Shown here in pieces: positions 41,718 through 50,922 of a stretch of 64,000 bases of DNA. Both the position numbers and the translations under genes were made by a program. Below the pieces are notes generated by a model, which ran no database searches, was not told the DNA's origin, and saw only the letters and a list, made by a program, of their open reading frames with translations. This DNA is from an uncultured Actinomycetes bacterium (GTDB lineage Bacteria; Actinomycetota; Thermoleophilia; Gaiellales; Gaiellaceae). Positions within the stretch are counted from its first letter, which is position 1. Each line of letters opens with the position of its first letter. The stretch covers positions 46,555 through 110,554 of the forward strand of contig CAVRVG010000009.1 in NCBI GenBank assembly GCA_963724655.1. The letters are read 5' to 3'.

Positions 41718-43127
41718 ACCTTCACCCACGGGCCGGCAAGACCTGGATCGTCTCCGTCCGCTTCGAACACGAGCCGCGACTCCCTGTCGAGGTCGCGGTA
41801 GAACGCGAGCTCTCGTCCGTAGAGATCGGGTTGCGCCTTCAGCCGATCGACGATCGCACCTGTGGTGACGACCCAGCGAACCTGACGGGCACGAAGGGTC
41901 TCGACGTTGCGGTTGGCATCGAATGGTCGGCCGGGACCGGGTAGCTCCAGGCCCAGAACAGCGCCGCGATGAAACGACGGCGTCGACGAGTCGGCCGCGA
42001 TTCGATCACCGGCAGGAACGTGTGCGATGACCCAGCTCTGCGCCGCAAGCCGAGCGTCGCGTCCCTGGAGCCCTCTGGCATCACCGATCGACCAGACGAG
42101 CGGGAATGCGAGTGCGGCAGTCGCGACCGGCACGAGCGCCCGCACGCTCCCGGCCAGCACAGCGAGCACAGCGAGGAGCGGGAGGGTGTAGCGGTCGAAG
42201 TGGGCCTCGATCGGCATCAGCTGAACCCAGTAGGCGGCAACGAAGGAGAGCAGCACGACATCCGCGCGGCTGCGTCGTCTCAACGCGACGACGAGACACA
42301 CCACCGAGACTGCGAGGAGCGGCCCGAAACCCTCCCACAGCCTTTCGAGGAACGCGACCGGGGTAACGGGGTCGTCCTCGAGCCCGAGCCAGCCGAGCCG
42401 AGCGAGTGACTTGAACACGAGAGATGTCACTCCAGGCGCGTCCCCCGTGAATCAGCACGAAGGGAGACGTGACCGCGAACGCAGCCACCCCGAGCACGAG
42501 CGCGCGGACGCCACGACGCCACGAGCCCCACGAGGCGATGACCAGCGGGACGAGCAGCGCAACGCCGGGATACTTTGCCGAGACCGCCAACCCCGCGGTC
42601 GCTCCAGCCCACTCCAGCCGGTCGGTGACGAGAAGCGCAAGCGTCACCGTGACGAGCAGGGTGAGGAGAACGTCGGTAACCGCCATGCGCGAGTACGCGA
42701 CGTGCGTGGTGGCGACTGCGGTGGCGGCCGCACCGACGATCCCAGCGCGAGCCCCGTACGCCACTCGACCCAGCCACCACACGGCCAGGACCCCGAGGAT
42801 GCCGATCAGCAGCGCGCCGACGCGCGCCGCGCCGTAGGAAGGATCGCCCACGAGCACCTGCGTCGGTGCCAGGACGAGCATCAGCAGGCTCGGGTAGTCG
42901 TACCATCCCGGGTCGAGACCGCCGCCATGCACGAGATCCCACGCCCGCGGGACGATGTTCGCCTCGTCAGGGTTGAGGAGTGGCTCTGGGAGACCGTATC
43001 GCGAGCCCACCACGCGAAGGCCGGCCGCTCCGACGAGGATTCCGGCGAGAGCGAGCAACTCGCCGCTCGTCGGGCGAGTGGCAGCCTGGTCGGGCTTGCC
43101 GGCGTCGCTCCAAGCGCGTGCGATCAC
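41699..43127 (-). CDS. Glycosyltransferase family 39 / ArnT-like membrane glycosyltransferase; frameshift near 42420
   Basis: LR....YGLP...NPDE, WYDYPSL, YSRMAVTD, GLAVSAKY; many TM helices and a C-terminal extracellular domain. Confidence 0.8.
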
Positions 43128-43696
43128 ACCTCGGGGGTCGAATCGCCCGCGAGCTCGACGAGGTCTCCCGAGACGATGACCGCGTCGACACCGGCGCGCT
43201 CGAGCTCCTCGACCTCGGTGCGGGTCGCGGCCGACAGCTCGGCGATCGCGAGCTTCCCGGCTGGGATGTCGGGCAGCAACGCCAGGAGGCGCTCGAGCGG
43301 TTCCCGGTCGTCGTTGTCCGGTCCGCTCGACAGGAGGAAGATCTCGGGATCGAGCTGCTCGAGCGCTCTCGCGAGATCGTCCTCGTCGGCCGCGTGGACG
43401 ACCAGCTCGAGCTCGAACTCCTCTGCCTGCTCGGCGAGCGCCGTCAGCTCGTCCTCATCGGCGCCTGCGAACACGACCACGGCATCGGCGCCGAACGATG
43501 CAGCCGCGCTCGGTGTCGTCCCGTAGGCGAGCACCGGGAGCAGAAGGTCGCCGCGCTCGAAAGAGGAGCGACGAACGACGATCCCTTCCGCACCGAGCGC
43601 ACTCGCCGCCTCTGGACCGATGGCATCGGCGAGCTCGAACAACAGTGAAATCCGCTCGCCCTCGGCGATCGCGTGGCTCAGCTTGCGCTTGGTCAC
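43124..43696 (-). CDS. Degenerate indole-3-glycerol-phosphate synthase (TrpC)-like TIM-barrel protein
   Basis: LSHAIAEGERISLLFE, LPVL, GADAVVV, LELVVHA.DEDDL.RAL, L...P.GKLAIAE, ELERAGVDAVIV; 190 aa. Confidence 0.65.
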   Translation of the reverse strand: MTKRKLSHAIAEGERISLLFELADAIGPEAASALGAEGIVVRRSSFERGDLLLPVLAYGTTPSAAASFGADAVVVFAGADEDELTALAEQAEEFELELVVHAADEDDLARALEQLDPEIFLLSSGPDNDDREPLERLLALLPDIPAGKLAIAELSAATRTEVEELERAGVDAVIVSGDLVELAGDSTPEV

Positions 43697-43749
43697 CGGC
43701 TGGATGCTACAACCAGCCCTCGCTCGGGAGATGCCGTAGGCTCGCGGTG

Positions 43750-44292
43750 ATGTCCGCTCCCGTTCGCCGCGTGTGCCTCCTCGGGGCCGAGTCGACCGGA
43801 AAGACGACGCTGGCGAGGGGACTGGCGGAGGCGTACCGGACCTTGTGGAACCCGGAGTACGGACGCCCGTACACCGAGATCGGTCGCGACGCTCGACGCG
43901 CCGTGGACGAGCGCCGAGTTCACCCACATCGCTCGCATGCAGTGCTGGTACGAGGACTTTCTCGCCGCGCTACGCCACCGGGCTGTTGTTCTGCGACACC
44001 GACGCGTTCACGACGGATGTCTTCCACCGCGTGTACCTCGGAGACACCCTCGAGCGAGTTCGCCGAGCTCGTGTCACGGGGGTACGACCTCTTCCTCGTG
44101 TGCGGGCTCGACGTCCCGTGGGCGCACGACTCGATTCGGGAATTCGACGACCAGCGCCGCTGGATGCACGAGGAGTACGTCAGCCGGGCCGAGAGGAGTG
44201 GGTCGCCATGGCTGTTGCTGGAAGGCAAGGAGGGCGAGCGCTTGACCAGGGCACGCGAGTTCATCGACGAGACCTTCGGCAACGAAGCCTGA
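43750..44292 (+). CDS. NadR-type ribosylnicotinamide-kinase-like P-loop ATPase (AAA_28); two frameshifts
   Basis: VCLLGAESTGKTTLA, PEYGR, LLFCDTD, YDLFL...DVPW..D.IR. Confidence 0.82.
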   Translation: MSAPVRRVCLLGAESTGKTTLARGLAEAYRTLWNPEYGRPYTEIGRDARRAVDERRVHPHRSHAVLVRGLSRRATPPGCCSATPTRSRRMSSTACTSETPSSEFAELVSRGYDLFLVCGLDVPWAHDSIREFDDQRRWMHEEYVSRAERSGSPWLLLEGKEGERLTRAREFIDETFGNEA

Positions 44293-44335
44293 GCGCAGGC
44301 ACTCGGTTCACCGCATCACACCACTCCGTTGAGCT

Positions 44336-44400
44336 GTCACACAACTGGCACGAAGTTGGCACACTTTCGTCGCCAAAGACGACAACAAACCGACTAGAAT
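44336..44400 (+). promoter_or_regulatory. 11-bp-phased pentamer array (GTCAC, GGCAC, GGCAC, GTCGC) plus -10 TAGAAT, between convergent genes
   Basis: Pentamers start at 44336, 44347, 44358 and 44369; TAGAAT at 44395-44400. Confidence 0.55.
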
Positions 44401-44405
44401 CTGCA

Positions 44406-44480
44406 GTGGGTGGTGGGTTGGGGTGCCCCACCGCAACCTCGCAGTTTGCGCTTCTTGCAGCGACCGAAGCGAACGGAGCG
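44406..44480 (+). ncRNA. Candidate small structured RNA (two hairpins)
   Basis: Downstream of an orphan promoter; stem gtggtggg/cccaccgc with a G-rich loop, and stem cgcttc/gaagcg; no annotated gene on this strand follows. Confidence 0.35.
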
Positions 44481-44481
44481 C

Positions 44482-45278
44482 TCAGACTCCGATCGGGTGC
44501 CAGATCGTCTTGAGCTCCATGAACGCGGCGATCTCCCAGGGGCTCCTGTCCTCACGCCGCCGGATCACCCGCTTGACGTTCTCCGCCGCCGCCCGCTCGA
44601 GCTCGGTGGTCTCGGCTCCGGCACCGGTGACGTCGATCGCGTTCACGTCCATGTGCGCAGCGAGCCCGGGAGCCAGCTCATCCCTCCGACCGGTGAGGAG
44701 ATTGACGACACCCGCCGGCACGTCGGAGGTCGCGACGCATTCGGCGAGCTCGAGCGCAGCGCGCGGATGAAGGTCGGACGCGACCGCGACGATCGCGTTG
44801 CCACCCACGATCGCCGGTGCGAGGCGTGAGACGAGGCCGTCGAGGGCGGGCTCGTCGGGTGCGAGGATCGCGACGACACCGGTCGGCTCGGGGACGGTGA
44901 AGTTGAAGTACGGGCCGGCGACGGGGTTCGCCGACCCGATCACCTGGGTGAGCTTGTCCGCCCAGCCTGCATACCAAACGACCCGATCGATCGGCGACCT
45001 CAACCTCGTCACGCCCGGAGCACACGGCGGCGAGCAGCGTCGACCCGCGACTCCATCGTCTCCGCGAGTCGGTAGAGCACCTGACCGCGGTTGTACGCGG
45101 TCGCGGCCGCCCAACCGGGAAAGGCCTTCCGGGCGGCGACGACCGCATCGCGCGCGTCCTTTCGCGATCCCCAGGCAACGTTGTGGCCCTCGACCTCGAG
45201 TGTCCGCCCTGACTCGGAGCGCGGGAACGCGCCTCCGACGAAGAGCTTGTACGTCTTCGCCACCGGAAGGCGACTCAC
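44482..45278 (-). CDS. Short aldehyde dehydrogenase-like protein lacking the catalytic domain; frameshift near 45040
   Basis: KTYKLFVGGAFPRSESGR, YAGWADK, PEPTGVV, DVPAGVVNLLTG, ELKTIWHP; no ELGG motif or catalytic Cys. Confidence 0.85.
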
Positions 45279-46753
45279 GGGTCGAACCTCAGATACGCCT
45301 CGAGGCCGTGCCTTCCGCCTTCGCGACCGAAGCCGGACTCCTTGTAGCCGCCGAACGGCGAAGCTGGGTCGAAGCGGTTGAACGTGTTGGCCCAAACGAC
45401 GCCAGCACGCAGCCGCTCTGCCATCCAGAGGATCTTCGAGCCCTTATCCGTCCAGATCCCAGCCGACAACCCGTACATCGAGTTGTTCGCCTTTTCGACT
45501 GCCTCGTCCGGTGTCCTGAAGGTCAGCACCGACAGGACCGGACCGAAGATCTCCTCCTGCGCGATCCGGTAGCTCTGCGCAACCCCGGTGAACACCGTCG
45601 GTGGGAACCAGTAGCCGCGCTCCGGCAGCTCGCAGGGAGGTTGATAGATCTCCGCGCCTTCCTCCTCCCCACTCGCGACCAGCTCGCGGATCCGCGCCAG
45701 TTGAGCGGCGGAGTTGATCGCCCCGATGTCCGTGTTCTTGTCGAGTGGATCACCCACGCGCAAGGTGCCCATCCGGCGCTTCAGCTTTGCAACGAGAGGC
45801 TCGAAGATCGACTCCTGCACGAGCAGCCGCGAGCCGGCGCAGCAGACATGACCCTGGTTGAACCAGATGCCGTTGACGATCCCCTCGATCGCCTGGTCGA
45901 GCGCGCAATCGTCGAAGACGATGTTCGCTGCCTTGCCACCGAGCTCGAGCGTCAGGGGAATCCCGCGACCGGCCAGCTGTCGCTGGAGGAGCTTGCCGAC
46001 CTCGGTCGAGCCGGTGAACGCAACCTTGTCGATGCCTTGATGCTCTACGAGGTGGGCGCCGGTTGCGCCGTCGCCGGTCACGATGTTGACAACCCCGGCC
46101 GGAAGCCCCGCCTGGCGGCAGACGTCCGCGAAGAGAAGCGCGGTCAGTGACGTCGTCTCAGCGGGCTTGAGCACGACGGTGTTTCCACACGCAAGCGCCG
46201 GCGCGACCTTCCAGGCAAGCATGAGCAGGGGAAAGTTCCACGGAATGATCTGGACGGCCACGCCGTGTGGGCGTCCGGTGCGGCCGGGAAACGCATACTC
46301 GAGCTTGTCAGCCCACCCCGCGTAGTAGAAGAAGTGAGCGGCCGCAAGGGGCAGATCGACATCGCGCGACTCCTTGATCGGCTTTCCTCCGTCAAGGGAC
46401 TCCGCGACGGCAAGCTCGCGCGCACGCTCCTGGAGGATCCGGGCAATGCGAAAGAGGAACTTCGCGCGCTCTGCCGGCCGTAGACCGGACCAACGCTCGT
46501 CAAACGCGACGCGCGCTGCGCCAACGGCATCGTCGACGTCGGCCGCTCCCGCCTGGGCAACCTCTGCCAGGGACTCCTCCGTCGCAGGCGACGTCGAGGT
46601 GAACCACTCGTTCGAGCGGGGCTCGACGAACTCGCCGCCGATGTAGAGGCCGTACCGCTCGGCAAAGCTCACGATCCCACGGCCCTCGAGCGCCGGAGCG
46701 TAGTCCCACGACGTCGGCGCCGGAGTGCTCCCGTGTGTCTCGAGCTCGCCCAT
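45275..46753 (-). CDS. Aldehyde dehydrogenase (probably acetaldehyde from DeoC)
   Basis: IIPWNFP, KPAE, FTGSTEVG, LELGGK, FNQGHVCCAGS, EEIFGP, PFGGYKESG. Confidence 0.95.
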   Translation of the reverse strand: MGELETHGSTPAPTSWDYAPALEGRGIVSFAERYGLYIGGEFVEPRSNEWFTSTSPATEESLAEVAQAGAADVDDAVGAARVAFDERWSGLRPAERAKFLFRIARILQERARELAVAESLDGGKPIKESRDVDLPLAAAHFFYYAGWADKLEYAFPGRTGRPHGVAVQIIPWNFPLLMLAWKVAPALACGNTVVLKPAETTSLTALLFADVCRQAGLPAGVVNIVTGDGATGAHLVEHQGIDKVAFTGSTEVGKLLQRQLAGRGIPLTLELGGKAANIVFDDCALDQAIEGIVNGIWFNQGHVCCAGSRLLVQESIFEPLVAKLKRRMGTLRVGDPLDKNTDIGAINSAAQLARIRELVASGEEEGAEIYQPPCELPERGYWFPPTVFTGVAQSYRIAQEEIFGPVLSVLTFRTPDEAVEKANNSMYGLSAGIWTDKGSKILWMAERLRAGVVWANTFNRFDPASPFGGYKESGFGREGGRHGLEAYLRFDP

Positions 46754-47691
46754 CAGTCGATCGTGAACTCGTCGGGTGAGCGGTAGCTGCCGGTGCGCTG
46801 GGCTCGAATCTGCATGAGCACGTCATTCAGGAGGCTCGAAGCACCGAAGCGAAACAGGTCAGGTGTGAGCCAGCCTGGCCCGACGGTCTCGTGCACCACA
46901 CAGAGATACTGGATCGCCTGCTTTGCCGTCCGGATGCCACCTGCGGGCTTCATCCCGATCACCCGTCCGGTCTCGTCGTGGACATCGCGGATCACCTCGA
47001 GCATGCACAGCGTCACCGGCAGCGTCGCGGCCGGGCTGACCTTGCCGGTCGAGGTCTTGATGAAGTCCGCGCCGCCGGCGATGGCGAGAAGGGACGCACG
47101 ACGGACGTTGTCGTAGGTGCCGAGCTCGCCCGTCTCGAGGATCACCTTCAGGTGTGCAGCCCCGGCTGCTTGCTTCACGGCAACGATCTCGTCGAGCACG
47201 AGGCCGTACCGCCCCGAGAGAAACGCGCCGCGGTCGATGACCATGTCGATCTCGTCTGCTCCGGCTTCGACTGCCGCCTGAACATCGGCGAGCTTCACGT
47301 CGAGGCGCGCCTGCCCTGACGGAAACGCCGTTGCCACGGATGCCACCTTGACGCCCGTCCCCACGAGCCGCGCCCGTGCGGTGGCGACATGGCTCGGGTA
47401 CACGCAGACGGCCGCCACCGAGGGGATGCTGCGATCCTCGGGGTCGGGACGCACCGCCTTCGAGCACAGAGCGGCGACCTTCCCGGGAGTGTCCGCGCCC
47501 TCGAGCGTGGTCAGGTCCATCATCCGCACCGCGAGCTCGAGCGCCCAGAGCTTCGCGTCCTTCTTGATCGACCGCTTCGCCAGCTCGGCCGCGCGCGCCT
47601 CGAGCGCGACCGCGTCGATCGCGCCAACGCGAGGCAGCCGGTGCCCTGACGGAAGCTCGAAACCAGCAGTGGCAACAGCGCTCTGCGACAC
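46753..47691 (-). CDS. deoC: Deoxyribose-phosphate aldolase
   Basis: MDLTTL, AAVCVYP, FPSG, GADEIDMV, LKVILETGEL, FIKTSTGK, KPAGGIR, RFGASSL. Confidence 0.95.
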   Translation of the reverse strand: MSQSAVATAGFELPSGHRLPRVGAIDAVALEARAAELAKRSIKKDAKLWALELAVRMMDLTTLEGADTPGKVAALCSKAVRPDPEDRSIPSVAAVCVYPSHVATARARLVGTGVKVASVATAFPSGQARLDVKLADVQAAVEAGADEIDMVIDRGAFLSGRYGLVLDEIVAVKQAAGAAHLKVILETGELGTYDNVRRASLLAIAGGADFIKTSTGKVSPAATLPVTLCMLEVIRDVHDETGRVIGMKPAGGIRTAKQAIQYLCVVHETVGPGWLTPDLFRFGASSLLNDVLMQIRAQRTGSYRSPDEFTID

Positions 47692-47765
47692 GTTGCGAGT
47701 GTAGACGGTGACGTCAACAGGGCTCGCCGCGCAACGGTCGTTTCGAACTGGGAGACTGCAAGACG

Positions 47766-48560
47766 ATGCAGATCGAGCGTGCCGAGAGCTGGACACAGCT
47801 TCAAGAGCTCCTCTTCGGAGGAATGTGGAACGAGCATCTGGGACGCTTCCGCTCGGACGCCGTCTACCGAGGCGAAGGGAGGTCGTCGAACGAGCTGACC
47901 ACGAGCCTGCAGCGCCTCGGCGGGGAATATGCCGACCTCGAGCGGCACCTCCTGCGCAACTTCCGCAAGTACGCCCACCGCGGCGCCGTGCCGCGGGAGT
48001 CGACCTGGCACTGGCTCGCGCTCGCCAAGCACCATGGGCTACCGACACGGCTTCTCGACTGGTCGCATTCACCGTACGTCGCACTCCACTTCGCGACCGA
48101 GAACGCCGAGCTTCTCGAGCAGGACGGGGTCGTCTGGGAAGTCGACTACGTGCGTGCCTCATCGCAGCTGCCGGCTGCGCTTCGCCACGTCCTCTCGGAC
48201 GAAGGGTCGAACACCTTCACGGCGGAGATGATCGATCGGGCCGCAACGACGCTCACCGAGCTCGGCGGCCTCGCGACGGGAGACGAGTTCGTCGTGTTCT
48301 ACGAGCCGCCGTCGCTCGACGAGCGGATCACGAATCAGTTCGCGGCGTTTTCGTTCATGTCGAGCGCCACCGCACGATTCGACCAGTGGCTGGAGCAGCA
48401 CCCTGATCTCTGCAGGAGGATCGAGATCCCGGCGGCGATCAAGCGCGAGACGCGGGACAAGCTCGACCAGGCCAACATCACCGAGAGAGTGCTCTTCCCA
48501 GGACTTGACGGAATTGCGCGCTGGCTCGCGCGCCACTACTCGCCGCGATCGACCGGCTAG
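47766..48560 (+). CDS. FRG-domain protein
   Basis: VYRG, LALAKHHGLPTRLLDWSHSPYVALHFA, RITNQ.A.F, LDQANITERVLFPGLDG. Confidence 0.9.
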   Translation: MQIERAESWTQLQELLFGGMWNEHLGRFRSDAVYRGEGRSSNELTTSLQRLGGEYADLERHLLRNFRKYAHRGAVPRESTWHWLALAKHHGLPTRLLDWSHSPYVALHFATENAELLEQDGVVWEVDYVRASSQLPAALRHVLSDEGSNTFTAEMIDRAATTLTELGGLATGDEFVVFYEPPSLDERITNQFAAFSFMSSATARFDQWLEQHPDLCRRIEIPAAIKRETRDKLDQANITERVLFPGLDGIARWLARHYSPRSTG

Positions 48561-49422
48561 CTAGAGGCCAAGGCGCTCGAGCGTCCTCGGATCCCGGCGC
48601 CACCGCGGCCTGACCTTCACCACCAGCTCGAGGAAGACCGAGTTCCCGACCAACGCCTCGACTTCGGGGCGCGCGCGGACGCCGATCTCCCGGATCATCG
48701 CCCCTTTCTTCCCGACGAGGATCCCCTTCTGCGACTCGGTCTCGACGAGAAGAATCGCGCGGACGCGGTTGTCCTCGATCTCCTCCACCTCGACGGTGCA
48801 TGCGTGCGGCACTTCCTCCCGGGTCAGCTGCAACGCCTTCTCGCGGATCACCTCCGCCACGCGCTCGTCGAGCATGAGGTCGGTTGTCTGATCCACGGGA
48901 AACAGGGCCGGCCCCTCCGGCAGAAGCGCGACCAGGTCGTTTCGGAGCTCATCGATGCCGTCCTTGACGAGCGCGCTGACGGGGTGAAGGGCGTGGAAGT
49001 CGCCAAGCGCAGCGGCAACCTTCATCTGCGATGCCACGTGACCGTGCTTCAGCCGGTCGATCTTGTTGAGGGCGATGATGACGGGCACGCCGAGCGCGAA
49101 CACCCGCTTCGCGATGAAGCTGTCGCCCGCGCCGATCCGGTCCCGGGCGGAGAGGACGAGCATGACCACGTCAACGTCGGCGAACGAGCTGTCGACGGTG
49201 CTCTGCATCCGTTCGGTGAGGGTGTCCATGGGCCTCTGAAACCCGGGAAGATCGACGAGGACAAGTTGCCATTCGGGCGTGCTCGACGACGCCGAAGATG
49301 CGTCGCCGGGTCGTATTCGGCACGCGCGAGGTGATCGCGACCTTGTCACCGATCAGAGCGTTGACCAGGGTCGACTTGCCGACGTTCGGTCTGCCCGCAA
49401 CCGCGACGAGACCGGCCTTCAC
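48561..49422 (-). CDS. era: GTPase Era; frameshift near 49280
   Basis: [38 protein letters not shown] (KH domain). Confidence 0.95.
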
Positions 49423-49814
49423 GAAGCGTCCGCGGTCTCACCGGGCAGCTGAGACGGCTCGAACTGCTCCGGGAGAAGCTGGTCGATCGTCATCGTGACG
49501 ACTCGACCGCCGTTACGGAACACGATTCGCTCGACCTGCATCTCGGCGAGCCACTGACGGCACCCGCCGCACGGTGAGGCAGTGATTGCCGCGACGACGA
49601 AATCTCCGGGCCGATAGCCCTCGACGATCGCACGCGAGAACGCAGTCCGCTCGGCGCACACGCCGAGTGGGTAGGCGGCATTCTCGACGTTGACGCCTTC
49701 GATCACGCGCCCGTCACGGGCGAGGACCGCGCAGCCGACGTGGAACTGCGAATACGGCGCGTAGGCACGATCCGCGATCGCGTCGGCGGCCTCGAGAAGT
49801 TGATCGTCGGTCAT
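49419..49814 (-). CDS. cdd: Cytidine deaminase
   Basis: [29 protein letters not shown]. Confidence 0.93.
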   Translation of the reverse strand: MTDDQLLEAADAIADRAYAPYSQFHVGCAVLARDGRVIEGVNVENAAYPLGVCAERTAFSRAIVEGYRPGDFVVAAITASPCGGCRQWLAEMQVERIVFRNGGRVVTMTIDQLLPEQFEPSQLPGETADAS

Positions 49815-50539
49815 GCAGCAAACACCTGGAAGATCCCCAGGGTAACGAGCGCGCCGAGAAGGCCGCCGACGGCCACCTCGGCGGTCGAGTGGATTCCCGC
49901 CTCGACCCGCGTCTGGGCGACGAGCCCCGCCAGCACGAACGAGAGCGAGGAGACGAGAAACTGGTGCGCCGAGTCGTCGAGAATGAGCGTCACCGCCATC
50001 CAGGCGGCAAAGGCCACCGCTGCGTGGCCGGAGGGCCAACCGCCGCGAAGAGGCGTTCCCCTTCCCGACAGCGCTTTCAGCCCGATGACCAGGACGACGG
50101 TCATGACGAGGGCGACAACCGTGAGCTCCTCGGGAGCGCGCGAGAGCTTGTCGAGCAGATTCGAGCTCTTCTCGGCAACCTGTCCCGAAAAGACGAGGTA
50201 GCCAACCGCGATCGCGTTGACCGCCGCGATCAGCACCGCCCCAGCGGCGATGTCCTTTGCAAGCTTGGCCATGGGGTCGAACGACGTGGAGGCGACGTCG
50301 ACGGTCGCCTCGATCGCGGTGTTGACCATCTCGGCGATGAGCACGAACGAGATCGCGAGGAAGAGAGCGATCAACTCGAGCCGCGAGACGTCGAAGGCGA
50401 GTGCGGCGACCAGCACGCCAACCGCGGCAAGAAAGTGAATCCGCATGTTCCGCTGCGTGCGGAGCACGTGGATGATCCCCTCGAAGGCGTAGTTGAAGCT
50501 GTCGAGGATCGAAGGAGTGCGCCGGCGCGGGGTGATCAT
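49811..50539 (-). CDS. Diacylglycerol/undecaprenol kinase fused to a PAP2 phosphatase domain
   Basis: SFNYAFEG, RNMRIH, EMVNTAIE, AKDIAAGAVL; then PSGH and TRV..GIH. Confidence 0.9.
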   Translation of the reverse strand: MITPRRRTPSILDSFNYAFEGIIHVLRTQRNMRIHFLAAVGVLVAALAFDVSRLELIALFLAISFVLIAEMVNTAIEATVDVASTSFDPMAKLAKDIAAGAVLIAAVNAIAVGYLVFSGQVAEKSSNLLDKLSRAPEELTVVALVMTVVLVIGLKALSGRGTPLRGGWPSGHAAVAFAAWMAVTLILDDSAHQFLVSSLSFVLAGLVAQTRVEAGIHSTAEVAVGGLLGALVTLGIFQVFAA

Positions 50540-50922
50540 CGGGCCTCTCTCAGGTGCATCTGCTCGCGAGCCTTCATCTCGTCACCGTGCTCGAACCCGA
50601 GGAGATGGAGAAGGCCGTGCACGAGTGGCCAACGCCACTCGTCACCGACCACCGCAGGGCAGAGCACGACGTCGCCAAGTGCTCGTGGCTCTCCCACGGG
50701 GAGCTCGGTGAGCCCGTCGATGGGGAACGACAGCACATCGGTGGCTTCATCGACGCCCAGGTGGTCGCGCTTCAGGGTGCGCATCTCCTCTTCGTTCACA
50801 AAGGCGAGACCGAGCTCGCCTTCCTCGACGCCCTCCGCGGCCAGAACCTGCTGCGCCAGCTCGACCGCCGAGGTCATGGCAACCGCGGCACCGCTGCGAT
50901 TGTCGACCTCGACCTCGACCAT
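50536..50922 (-). CDS. ybeY: rRNA maturation RNase YbeY
   Basis: TDVLSFP, LGDVVLC, HGLLHLLGFEH. Confidence 0.93.
   Translation of the reverse strand: MVEVEVDNRSGAAVAMTSAVELAQQVLAAEGVEEGELGLAFVNEEEMRTLKRDHLGVDEATDVLSFPIDGLTELPVGEPRALGDVVLCPAVVGDEWRWPLVHGLLHLLGFEHGDEMKAREQMHLREAR

Noticed and set aside
44346-44360. Sigma-54 promoter (TGGCAC...GG-N10-GC)
   Set aside because: The -12 element is TGGC rather than TTGC, the match is explained by the 11-bp repeat, and a sigma-70-type -10 follows.
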